NCBI RefSeq assembly: GCF_006345805.1
Contig: NC_042999.1
Coordinates: 28,396,001 to 28,460,000, forward strand
Direction of reading: 5' to 3'
Length of the DNA: 64,000 bases
Source of the DNA: Octopus sinensis
Lineage: Eukaryota
Position 1 is the stretch's first letter, and the number at the start of each line of letters is the position of its first letter. The notes under the pieces are model-generated. The model saw nothing but the letters and a program-made list of their open reading frames with translations. It ran no database searches and had not been told where the DNA came from. Below are positions 13,895 to 25,918 of the stretch, piece after piece. Position numbers and translations under genes: made by a program.

Positions 13895-14725
13895 TGCTGC
13901 TGCTGCTGCTACTACTACTACTGCTCTGCTGCTGCTGCTGCTGCTGCCACTACTACTACTACTACTAATACTACTACATAAAAATCGTTAAGAAAAGCTG
14001 AGAGAAAAAATAATACTCTATTAATAAAATTCATGAAATCGATGGAGAATACTTTCACTGCAAAATTAGACCCATAGAAGCGATATATAATTAAAGAGCA
14101 GGAATTTCAAGAAAGACATGAAAGCTATAGGAGAAAGTGAAGACAAAATTTATCAAAAGATAAGATATACGGAAATATTTTTTCAAAATATATTTTTCGC
14201 TGATTAAAATCACAGAAACAGTAACAATATATTTATATGAGTTTTGCCAGAAGTGAAGGAAAAGGAATGCAGATTTTAAGAATATCTTATAGTATATGTT
14301 GGTAAAACTGCATGTTGGAAGTTGTTTCGTCTCCATTCCATATAAGCTGTTATATTTCAAACTTATAAAATGCTTATCTACATATAAACTTTCAGAATCG
14401 GATTAAATCCACTGTAAAGATGTTCTTATTTATAAGGTGCGACGGAGAGACCTTCCATGTAATAGAGGACCACTAGAATGACGCTTATAAAGGAAGCGCT
14501 GATAGACATTGGCAGCAGAAACGGCTGTTAGAAAAGATAAATAATAATAATCGTTGATAGTCAATTTGTTTGTTGATCAAGAATTTTGCAATTGTGTTTT
14601 CAGTTACTGTACTTCCTTGGACGTATATATATTTGTGAGAATACTTATGAAATATTTTATCAAGGATAGTAAATGTGAGGCTATCTTTTGCCGCACACTG
14701 TATCTACGTATACGTACATTTATAC

Positions 14726-14773
<48 letters not shown>

Positions 14774-14785
14774 TATATATGTTAC

Positions 14786-14816
<31 letters not shown>

Positions 14817-15805
14817 AATATATACATATATATATGTATATTATATACATATCTATATATATGTATACATATGCATGTATGTGTATATGTAAAAATACAT
14901 ATATTCATATATATATATATTTATGTATGTATATATAGAGATATAAACATGTATAGTATATGCATATGTATAGGTATCTATATAGGTATATTTAAGGAGA
15001 AAATATAAACACACTAATATTGACGTTATGAATTTGTTTATATCTTCCCCAAAAGAGATGAAAGGAAAAATATATATACATAAGAATCATTTATACACAC
15101 TTCGCACACATATTTCCGAGGAATAAAAAAGAGAACACTCTCTTGAATATCCCAAGCATACGTTCCAAGCCTTAAGTATAAAACATAAAAACGACTGAAG
15201 AGTGAATTCTCCGATGTGTAGGCCTAAGTACCGTAATAGCGAGTAGAAATGATAAAGTAGCGAGGTTATGTGTAGAACAGGAAATAAATAAGATTGAGAT
15301 TAAGTTAATTTAAAGAAGCTAACCGATGGTGTAGAAAGTTAAGTTAAAGTAAAATTAATTGCAACTAATTCTACTTTAACTTTTTACACCATGGCTATTT
15401 TCTAGTTTAGTCATTTACTCTACGATTTCAAGCGTTACACTGCAAAAATGGTATGATTCAAATATATTAAACCTTCGTTCCTAATCTCCAGGCCCCGTTC
15501 TTTTCTCTTCTCTTTTAGTTTATGTATTTTTCTGCACTCTAATGAAGCTTCATGTATCAGATTGGATGTGCTATAGAATATGACGAATATTATTCTCAGA
15601 ATTTTCTTTGGCAGCGCTGACGGACATTGGCAGCAGAAACGGCTGTTAGAAAAGATAAATTTTGTATTGAAAAAATAATAATCGATGATAGTCAATTTGT
15701 TTGTTGATCAAGAATGTTCTCTATTTTCTAATTAATTTAGATACAATTCCTTGAGATGTTTGTCTTGCCTTAACATTTGTTGTCCTTTTTAACAATTATA
15801 TTTAG

Positions 15806-15936
<131 letters not shown>

Positions 15937-16004
15937 TGTGTGTGTGTATGTATATATATATATATACATATATTTATATGTATGTATGTATATGTGTGTG
16001 TTCG

Positions 16005-16054
<50 letters not shown>

Positions 16055-16055
16055 C
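16005..16055. repeat. (TATC)n microsatellite without a Tx1 insertion
   Basis: Directly visible, inside compound array 15810-16070. Confidence 0.95.
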
Positions 16056-16462
16056 ATCCATCTATCCATCATTCTCCCTTCCCTCCCACTTTCCCTCCCA
16101 GAACAATCCTCAGACACTACCCACATGACAACGAATTATAAATGGAACGAGAGAAAAAGCGAGAAGGAAGTATACTCCGTTTTTAATTTGTTTTATTAAG
16201 TGGACAGTGTATCTTGAATTTGTGCTGCGATACCAGACATCGTATACATCAATGTTTGGCCAGTTCTCAGCCTATGAAACTAATACTAGCATATAAAAAC
16301 ATATATTTTGTTTATTGCATAATAATTTTCTCCTAGCAGATGGAGTACATTTTTCGCGTTGAATTACCATCACAGACAGTACAGTATGCACGCACACACA
16401 CACCCACTCACATACATGCATACATATGCATACATACATACACACACACACAATATATATAT

Positions 16463-16670
16463 ACTCTTTTACTCTTTTACTTGCTTCAGTCATTTGACGC
16501 GGCCATGCTGGAGCACCGCCTTTAGTCGAGCAAATCGAACCCGGGACTTATTCTTTGTAAGCCCAGTACTTATTCTATCGGTCTCTTTTGCCGAACCGCT
16601 AAGTGACGTGACGTAAACACACCACCATCGGTTGTCAAGCAATGCTAGGGAGACAAACACAGACAGACAA

Positions 16671-16705
<35 letters not shown>

Positions 16706-16874
16706 CATATATACGACAGGCTTCTTTCAGTTTCCGCCTACCAAATCCACTCACAAGGCATTGGTCGGCCCGGGGCTATAGCAGAAGACACTTACCCAAG
16801 ATGCCACGCAGTGGGACTGAACCCGGAACCATGTGGTTGCTAAGCAAGCTACTAACCACACAGCCACTCCTGCG

Positions 16875-16877
<3 letters not shown>
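16463..16877 (-). mobile_element. tRNA/CORE-like SINE with internal (TA)/(TG) tract and (AGAGTAAA)n tail
   Basis: Minus strand: GGCGCAGGAGTGGCTGTGTGGTTAGTAGCTTGC...GGTTCCGGGTTCAGTCCCACTGCGTGGCATCTTGGGTAAGTGTC...GGTGCTCCAGCATGGCCGC...GAGTAAAAGAGT. Confidence 0.9.
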
Positions 16878-16914
<37 letters not shown>

Positions 16915-17002
16915 TATTAGAGACAAAACCACTATTTTGCAAAACAAACAAGGAAAGACTTAATCAATACATAAACTTTTAATAAATAGTAAAAAAAAAC
17001 CG

Positions 17003-17045
17003 CCACTACAATCGTTTCTTGTCTTGATCGACAATCTTCAGGTGG
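17003..17045 (-). ncRNA. Minimal type I hammerhead ribozyme (left arm)
   Basis: Minus strand: CCAC CTGAAGA TTGTC gatcaa GACAA GAAAC gatt GTA GTGG. Confidence 0.8.
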
Positions 17046-17091
17046 ACTTCCAATAAGTCAGTTTCAAATTTGAAACTGACTTATTGGAAGT

Positions 17092-17134
17092 CCACCTGAC
17101 GATTGTCGATCAAGACAAGAAACGATTGTAGTGG
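17092..17134 (+). ncRNA. Minimal type I hammerhead ribozyme (right arm)
   Basis: CCAC CTGACGA TTGTC gatcaa GACAA GAAAC gatt GTA GTGG; all core nucleotides present; predicted cleavage after 17130. Confidence 0.8.
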
Positions 17135-17705
17135 CGGTTTTTTTGACTATTATTAAAAGTTTATGTATTGATTAAGTCTTTCCTTGTTTGTTTTGCAAAA
17201 TAGTGGTTTTGTCTCTAATAATATTTTATAATATTTTACTATAAAATTGGATTTAATCCTAAATCTGATTTTTTTCCCTGTAAATTTGGATTTAATCCCT
17301 AATATTTATTATTATTATATATATATATATATAATATATATATTATATATATATATATATAATATATATATATATATGCACTGCAATAGAGACAGAAGCA
17401 GGGTCAGTTCCAAGTAAGAATCTGTATATTTTACTTAAGATGAATGTACTATATACGAAATCCTTTATAGTCCGGTATTTATAAAGAGAAAGCATTGCGT
17501 ATATATGTATGTCGGTGAACAGACTAACACTACAGTATTATGGTTTTCTTACAGTATATCCAAGTCAAACAAGACTACACACACACATATATAGATGTAT
17601 GTATGTATGTATATATATATATATTATATATATATATATAATATATATATTATATATATATATATATATACCTAGCTACTTCTATATTATTTCTACTCGC
17701 TATTA

Positions 17706-17895
17706 CGGTCTATCTATCTATCCGCTCAGTCGAAGTCGACTCTCGTTTACCTCATAGATCAGTGTCTTCCAGTCAGTTTTATCCTGGGCCGCTCCTTTCA
17801 GATTGGCTATGTCCATTCCGGTATCACTCTTGATTGTGTCAAGCCAGCGGGTTCTTGGTCGGCCTCTTCCTCTCTTGCCACTGACCATATGTGTG
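17706..17895 (-). mobile_element. RTE-clade LINE 3' end
   Basis: Minus translation MVSGKRGRGRPRTRWLDTIKSDTGMDIANLKGAAQDKTDWKTLIYEVNESRLRLSG* followed by a (GATA)n tail. Confidence 0.85.
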
Positions 17896-18554
17896 TAAGC
17901 GTTTACGAATGTTTTTGTTTACCTCAGTTTCATAATAATTCCGTATGCTAACATTGATTGAATAAGTCAGTAATCGTTTGTCATTTGATAGAGGCAAATA
18001 CATAAGTAACACATCTTACATTCATTTGCAGTCAACAACATCACTACGACCCTGAGAGAATGTACGATACGAACTGTTTTTACAACGGCATGTTCAAATC
18101 GATAAGGATTGGCAATTGCAATACATGAATTTCAAAGTTGTATCCTAGTATATATTGATCTTGAAAGACAGCGGAAAGTTTGCCTGCCTAAACTCAACAT
18201 CAGAGCTGCTTCTTATTTCAGAGATAAAATGTATGCATTAAATTGAAATTATTTTAATGCATTAAACATAATTTAACATTTATATGAACAAATTAATATT
18301 TATAACTTTGGATTGTGTAGACATTGCGCCTTAATATGCCTGTAATTATATACAGAAATATAAGAATATATGAGTTTGCATGTGTCTGTGTGTGGGTCAT
18401 ATTTTTATGTGAATATATATATATATACATACACAAACATACATTAGTCTATCTCTATCTGTCTATCTGTATCTCTCTCTCTACATATATCTATCAAGGT
18501 GTTTATTATATTTTATTTATATCTTTTACGTTTACACTTTTATTCTTTTATTGT

Positions 18555-18640
18555 TTTACCATTTTTCAGTCATTTAACTGTGGCCATGCTGGAGCACTGC
18601 CTTTCAGTCGAAGAAATTGTCCCCTTAGACTTTTTGTTTG
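18555..18640 (-). mobile_element. 3' fragment of the SINE family at 16463-16877
   Basis: CAGTCATTTAACTGTGGCCATGCTGGAGCACTGCCTTT. Similar fragments at ~7425-7490, 47345-47480, 47680-47725. Confidence 0.75.
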
Positions 18641-18708
18641 TAAGCCTGCTGTTTATGTTATCAGTCACCTCTAAGTCTCTCTAAAGGAGATTACGGCAGC
18701 GTTACTGG

Positions 18709-18949
18709 AAATTAATAATTATCGCCATACTACGCTGCATTGATAAAGGGCAAATACCCTGAAACATGTCTGCAGCTGTCTGACTGGCAGGATGAAGCGG
18801 CTGACGTCCCCTGTTCGAAGGTTTATAATGGACGTAGGTTGTGTGTCAAATAGCTAGCTTGAGGCGGTGGCCTCTTGGAGCTAATCAGCGACAGCTTTAG
18901 TCTTATATTTATAAGACTGCCATATAAGTATGGCGATAACTATTAATTT
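18709..18949 (+). mobile_element. ~240-bp element with ~23-bp terminal inverted repeats containing a hammerhead
   Basis: attaataattatcgccatact (18711-18731) matches the reverse complement of agtatggcgataactattaat (18927-18947) at 20/21; (TA)n on the right. Confidence 0.7.
18734..18776 (+). ncRNA. Minimal type I hammerhead, U3:A8 core variant
   Basis: GCTGCA TTGATAA AGGG caaata CCCT GAAAC at GTC TGCAGC: 6-bp stem I, 4-bp stem II, palindromic stem III ACATGT. Confidence 0.75.
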
Positions 18950-19076
18950 TATATATATATATTGTTAAATTCCGTTGTTGTATTTTTCATTTTGCTTTCA
19001 TTCCAAATGACCAAACGCAGTATATAATCATTCATCATTCCTTTATTGTTTTTATTTTAACATCTGTCCCCATTAT

Positions 19077-19116
19077 CTGGAAATCTTTCGTCACACATCT
19101 GTGACCACTTCAGCGG
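19077..19116 (-). ncRNA. Degenerate hammerhead-like motif
   Basis: Minus strand: ccg CTGAAGT g GTCACA gatg TGTGAC GAAA gat TTC cag. A9 is lost and stems I/III are eroded. Confidence 0.4.
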
Positions 19117-19362
19117 CTCTTCAATCCCACGTGATTCCTCCTCTCCTGTTTAGTCCACTAAGACACACAAACACACATAGACACACACACGCACGCACAT
19201 ACACACACATATACACACACACGCACGCGCAAGAACATGTACATAGACTTGAAAATTCTTGAAATATTTGTAGAGTAATACAATACAGTAAGTTGGAAAA
19301 ATAGTTTGTATTATATATTCACCGTAACACTTGTTCCATTTGCAGATGTGAATTACCAACTT

Positions 19363-19588
19363 TTACGTACATTATTTACAATGGACGGATAGGTGTCCTC
19401 ACCTTGGTTCTTGTTATCACAACGTTTCAACTGGTGTACTCTCCAGCCTTTATCAGGTGTTCTGGCGGTTGGGTTCCAAATCCCATCACAATACCTGATA
19501 AAGGCTGGAGAGTATATCAACCGAAATGTTGTGATAACAACAACAAAGATGAGGACACCTACCTGTCCATTGTAAATAATGTACATAA
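19363..19588. mobile_element. Second palindrome (~95-bp arms, ~30-nt spacer) with a hammerhead-like motif in each arm
   Basis: Left arm (minus): CAC CTGATAA A GGCTGG agagtaca CCAGTT GAAAC GTT GTG (19418-19459). Right arm: TAC CTGATAA A GGCTGG agagtata TCAACC GAAAT GTT GTG (19492-19533). Confidence 0.75.
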
Positions 19589-20079
19589 TTCCTCGTCTCA
19601 AGAATATAGAATAGTATCAACTTTTACATGTTAGATAAAGATGTACGAAAATTCCAATTAGAAATTCTTCAGAAAGAGCAACAAATTATAAAAGTAAAAA
19701 CACAGAGAAAACATTATTTTTGTCTCTGACTGAAGAATTTATAATAGGAAATTTCTTATATATTTATTCAATACGTAAAACATTGTAATTTCTATTAGTA
19801 AACAAAACATTTGTAATGATTGATAAATAATACTCCAAATAATACCCCAATACATACACATATATGCGTATCAAATAATATATATCTATATATTTTTGAC
19901 GTCATAAGAGGTTTATAAACTTTTCTAAGAAATGAAACAATTCTCCCTTGGAGTACGGTTCACGAAGCTAAAATGTACAATTAAAAATAATAGCACGCAC
20001 AGTGGCAGCCACAGGTACGGATACACGCATACACACACATATACACATTTATATATACACACACACCTCAACATCGCAT

Positions 20080-20975
20080 ATCATACCCACCCTACTCCTT
20101 GAGCCCCCAACCTGTGTGACCTACTATTCCACAGCTTCTTCCCTCACCCCACCTTCCAACCTGGCCCATTCCCCTATTCTGGCTCAACGCGGCCGCACTT
20201 GCTACTACCTCTCCAACACCACCATCCTCACAGGCATCCTTTTCTCCCTATCATATCACCGATTCCTTTACCTGTACTTCTAGCAACGTCATTTATTGCA
20301 TCGCATGCTCTTTCTGCCCTTCTCTGAACATCGGTCAAACGGAACGACGATTGGCTGTTCCCTTCGCGGAGCACCTCCCAGGCATCAGACTCGGCAATAA
20401 CACTCCGGTCGTGCGCCATTTCCGCTCTACTGGTCATTAGCTACAACACCAGTCTGTGTTCGGATTGTCTTTGTTCAGAGGCCATCAGGACTCCCGCCTT
20501 CGTCGTGAACAGAATTTGATCTCTCTACATTCCTTTCGGTCACAAGGTCTCAAATCGCGTCCTCTCTTCATCTGACGCCCCTCGTCTCCTGTCTTCACCT
20601 GACACTTCTTCTCTTGGCTCCTACTGATCTTCTTTCTTCATCGGTACCAACTCAACCCCACACAACTAACTCCCACATACCCCAACCCAACCCCGAGACT
20701 CCACTTGCTATGAAACATAAGTAGCCCGGATCATATCTACCCCCATTCCTTAAGTCTTGTATCCTTATTCGCATAACTGGCGACCCTGGTTGCCTATCGT
20801 AAAATACAGAAATAACTTTTTCAGCAAATCGTACATCGATACGAAAACACGCACAAGCTTCCGTCTCAATAAACCACTATTTTCCCAGAAAGTTGTTCTT
20901 TTCCTTTACTACGGATTGCTTGAACCTAGCTTCCTTCCTACATCTCGATCCTTGCGTCTGTTTCTCAAACACACA
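20080..20975 (+). mobile_element. Penelope-like element 3' part: GIY-YIG endonuclease remnant + 3' UTR
   Basis: 20252-20575 reads HITDSFTCTSSNVIYCIACSFCPSLNIGQTERRLAVPFAEHLPGIR...VRHFRSTGH*...RLRREQNLI. Upstream NLCDLL..QPGPFP and RTCYYLSNTTILTG in shifted frames. Confidence 0.85.
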
Positions 20976-20985
20976 CATATATATA

Positions 20986-21620
20986 GGTGCTATTTTGGTA
21001 TGCGATCTACGTATGCGATCTACATAGCCAACGTGATCTACAAGAGTGAAATTCTACTTTAGTATGCGAGCTACATGTTTCATTTATTTAATATAGCTTT
21101 AATAAAATATTCTTGCATTTTTATGCAGTTATTTAAAAAATAAAAATGTAGCAGATTTCAAAGAAGTTTGCTAATTTTATGGGCGAATTGAACGAACATG
21201 AGCTGCAAAAGTAAAAAAAAAATACATAATTAATATTTTTTACATTTTATACATTTTTATTACAAATAAATTAGAATAAAGCAAGTTTGAAACAAGTTTA
21301 CTTTTTAAATCGTCAGTATATTTATTATCAAAATGTCTTATTCAATACATTTATTATTAAAAAGAAATTAGAATAAAGTAAATTTGAAAAAAGTTTACTA
21401 AATTTACCGGTGAATCGAACGAGCTACAAAAGCAAGAAGTATATGATTAGAGTTTTTCTCATCATACACCAGCAGAAATTATCAAGGTCCGATTGGAATT
21501 TTGTTCCTTTTACTCCTTGTTCTTGATAAGTATAAATTTTTTTGTGGATCACAATATAAAGAGCAAATCTCATACCAAAGCAGTTTCCTGACACGTAGAA
21601 CGCACACCAAAGTAGCACCC

Positions 21621-21621
<1 letters not shown>
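20986..21621. mobile_element. MITE with 27-bp TIRs in TA context (Tc1/mariner-like by inference)
   Basis: ggtgctattttggtatgcgatctacgt (20986-21012) matches the reverse complement of 21593-21619 at 24/27; TA dinucleotides flank; internal direct repeats at 21271-21301 and 21368-21398. Confidence 0.65.
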
Positions 21622-21682
<61 letters not shown>

Positions 21683-21759
21683 GGGCGCTACCTTGGTGTG
21701 TGTGGTGTGTGTGTGTGTGTGTATGTATATATATATAGATGTATATATGCATGCATATA

Positions 21760-22080
21760 TGGGTACAGGACGTGACAAACTGTAAACAACATGAAGTACG
21801 AAAAGAAACAAGTTAGATACGCAAACAACGAGAGAAAATAATGGGAAACAGGAGAAGTAAAAGAGAACCACCCTTCATCAGTTGTCGGCTGTCTATCTAC
21901 TCCTCATTTCCAGCATTAAACGAAAATATGAGACTTTGAAGGCAGTTGTTCTATAAATTCCAAAATAAATTTTTGGATTTATGGAGGGTCAAAGTTGGGA
22001 ACAAAAACAGAACAGTGGAGACATACAAGGAAACTGAACGAAAATAAACACGGTAGGTCGTTAGACCAGGATGAGGGGAA
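21760..22080 (-). mobile_element. Possible PLE terminal-repeat remnant
   Basis: Pyrimidine-rich minus strand with GACAGCCGACAACTGATGAAGGG, next to (TA)/(TATG) arrays; no complete ribozyme. Confidence 0.35.
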
Positions 22081-22473
22081 AATAGCGAGCGCTATATATA
22101 TATATGTATGTATACATGTGTGTGTATGTATGGCTGTGTATATATGTATGTATTTATGTATATCTATGTCTGTATGTGTTATTGACATCAGAAGTTTATA
22201 AACTTTTAAGACAAGTGAAATAATTCTCGAAGCTCTTATGCACAATCATAAATAATAGCATGTAAATAATTTATTCAACACTATATTTCCGTTCCATTAC
22301 TTACACATTTTGGGAACTACGAGATCATTTTGTATCTATATTTATATGAATTCGCCTACCTATCCGCGTGCACGCATACACACAGAGTCGCAACCATACA
22401 TACAAACACAGACTCACAATTAGACACACACACGCATATATATATATATGTGTGTGAGTGTGTATATATATGT

Positions 22474-22509
<36 letters not shown>

Positions 22510-22538
22510 TATTATATATATATATATATATATATATG

Positions 22539-22662
<124 letters not shown>

Positions 22663-23226
22663 GAAGTCGGCCAATTGTTATAAACATGTAAAATACATTA
22701 TACATTACTAGAAAATATTCGTTGTGCAAATGCTGTCAATCACTAAAGAAAAGTAGTTGGCACTCCCTCTCTCTTTTTTGTGTCTCTCTCTCTTTCTACT
22801 TTTCACTTTCTCTCTCTCTCTCTTTTCCTTAGTCTTTTAAAATTAGTTACTCAACCTGATTTCGATTCCCACTTCAGGAACGACATTAACGGCAACTTTG
22901 GACTGCACATTGCAAAATGATTTCCCTTTAAAAGCTCAGTTGATAGATATGCAACTCATTGTCTTGGCATATGTATAATTTTTAATGATGTCTACTAAAG
23001 CAAATGTTCCATCAAGAAACTAAGGATTCCAAACAGAAAAAATAATTGAATATCCAGGGCATATTGGTAGATACACACACTGAAAGCTCATACATACATT
23101 ACATAAACACGTGTATAAAACTAATAATCAGTGCGTTTGCTTCATTGACACGCAGAAAGGTGCATTTAAGCAGAAAGGTATATATATGTATCTCTCTCTC
23201 TCGCTCCTCTCTCCTCTCTCTCTCTC

Positions 23227-23320
<94 letters not shown>

Positions 23321-23607
23321 TATATATATATATATATATGCTCCCACACAGAGGCTTATTCCCACGCACACATACATACCCGTAAACGCACTCACACCTA
23401 CACACACGCGCTCGCGGTGCAGAAATATATATATATGGGGTGTGTGTATTTATATGTATATTTGTGTAGGTATATGCACACACACACACGCACACACAGA
23501 CACACACATATATATACATATATATAAATATACTAACGTATTTATATATAGTCACACTAATATTCACAGAAATTGTTCTATCACTCTCAATGTTATATAT
23601 ATTCAAA

Positions 23608-23662
<55 letters not shown>

Positions 23663-24298
23663 GTGTGTATGCATATGTATATTTATATATGTGTGTATGC
23701 ATATTTGTATGTATATATATATATATATATATATATTATAGATAGATAGCTATAAATACTTACACACACGCATACGAACGTATTTATATATTGGTGCTTG
23801 TATACACAGGCTCACATGTATGTAATGTAAAAAGTTACAAAATATATTCCCAGAATGAGGTGAGGACACATATATCAAATTCTTCATATACATATGAGTA
23901 AACGCATTATTTGATATGCATGGTTACAAAATACCGTGTATTGTAACGATATATATGAGTGCGTACTGGCACGCTTGTTCTCGCGTGCTTAGATCTCGGA
24001 CTATGTGCTAAAGATCGATTTTAATATCTGCGTGCAAAGCGAAGGTATCAAAGAAATTTGAAGTCTTGGGAAAAATTCTTGCGTGATTTACAATTCGGCA
24101 TTACACCAAGCTTTAAGTTATGATTGAATTCGTGTAATATTCCTTGTGTGAAAGCATTCTTGTGGAATGGTAACTTTCTCGCTGGCAAAGTTAATACACC
24201 GATTTCAATTTCTGTCCGTTACAGTCTATCACAGAGAAACGTTAATGTTTTAATCTGTATTCCTTCCAGGAACACGCACTTATATATGTACACGTATG

Positions 24299-24332
<34 letters not shown>

Positions 24333-24596
24333 TGTATGTATGTATGTATGTATGTATGTATGTATGTATGTGTATTTTGGGGGCTTCTTTCTCCTTCTTA
24401 AGACTTAATTGCTGCCCAGTTATAACTCAGAAGGAAATTCCAGGTTTAAATTCGTGGCGAAGATTATTCAAATATCTGTCAAAATGAATACACTCTGTAC
24501 AAGAAATGTGTCCTTAGTTCGTGACCAAGAATTAAGAATCGCTACTGTTATGCTTTAGAAGAGTTTACACTATTTTGGTAACAAGTATTCTATAAG

Positions 24597-24691
<95 letters not shown>

Positions 24692-25088
24692 GTATGAATG
24701 TATATATGTATATATATATCAATGATAAATGTTTTGAATTTTCCTCTTTACTTGGATAAAAGTAAGAACAGGAGATAAACAGAAATAAATAAGCCAAATA
24801 TTGTTTTCCTTCATAATCCTGAAGAATTTCTTCTGCATTTAAGACATGGTAATAAAGCTGGAGCGAATATTATTATTTCGTATTAACACACCAAACAATT
24901 GTATACAAAATTAAAGATAACACGCAATAGAGATTACTCCAAATAACTTTCTTAATCCATTCTATTGTTGTTAAGGCATATCATTTAATGTAGTAAGTAA
25001 TCTAATCGTATGCTCTCTTCCGCTCCTCTCTTTCTGTACATATGCATGCGTATACATATACATATGCATACATACATACATAAATACA

Positions 25089-25179
<91 letters not shown>

Positions 25180-25755
25180 ACTTATACATACATAAATGCA
25201 TACATACATACATGTATTTATATGTAGTTGGGAAATGTTTTCATACGAATATGTTCATTCACATGTGTGATTATATATGTATAAATATGTGAATGTATGC
25301 ATATGTATGTCTATATATATGTATGTATGTACGTATATACTTAAGCTTGTATAAACTTAAATTTGTATGTATACAGAAGTTTATATATCTCATAATATGT
25401 ACGCATATATTCACACATACAAAATGCACATATGCGCTCGTGTACATACACACGTACGAACACACTCACATATAGGTAAACATATATGTATGCAGTAAAG
25501 GAACAAAGCAATCATAGTGGATGGACGTTACCCAGCAAGCAAAGAGGCGTGGTATTCAACTGACAGCTACCTATAGGGAATCATTGAGCGTTAACCCTTT
25601 TACGCTGTGTGAATCTATTACTCAAGTGGATCTCTGGTAAGTAGCTCCGTATTTTACCTTCTACGGCGGGAATATAGCTACTTACGTAAATACATGTACT
25701 TATCCATACGCACTCTGTTATATGCATATATGTATGTATATATATATATATATAT

Positions 25756-25834
<79 letters not shown>

Positions 25835-25843
25835 CTATATATA

Positions 25844-25918
<75 letters not shown>

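Larger units (their letters stand above)
16905..17230. mobile_element. Near-perfect ~326-bp palindrome, PLE terminal-repeat-like, carrying two hammerhead motifs
   Basis: Arms of ~162 bp with no spacer, centre AAA|TTT at 17068/17069; flanked by (TA)n. Confidence 0.85.

Noticed and set aside
15195-15230. CTGAAGAG tgaatt CTC
   Set aside because: No GAAA core follows.
21871-21881. Minus-strand CTGATGAAGGG
   Set aside because: No downstream stem II or GAAA; not counted as a ribozyme.
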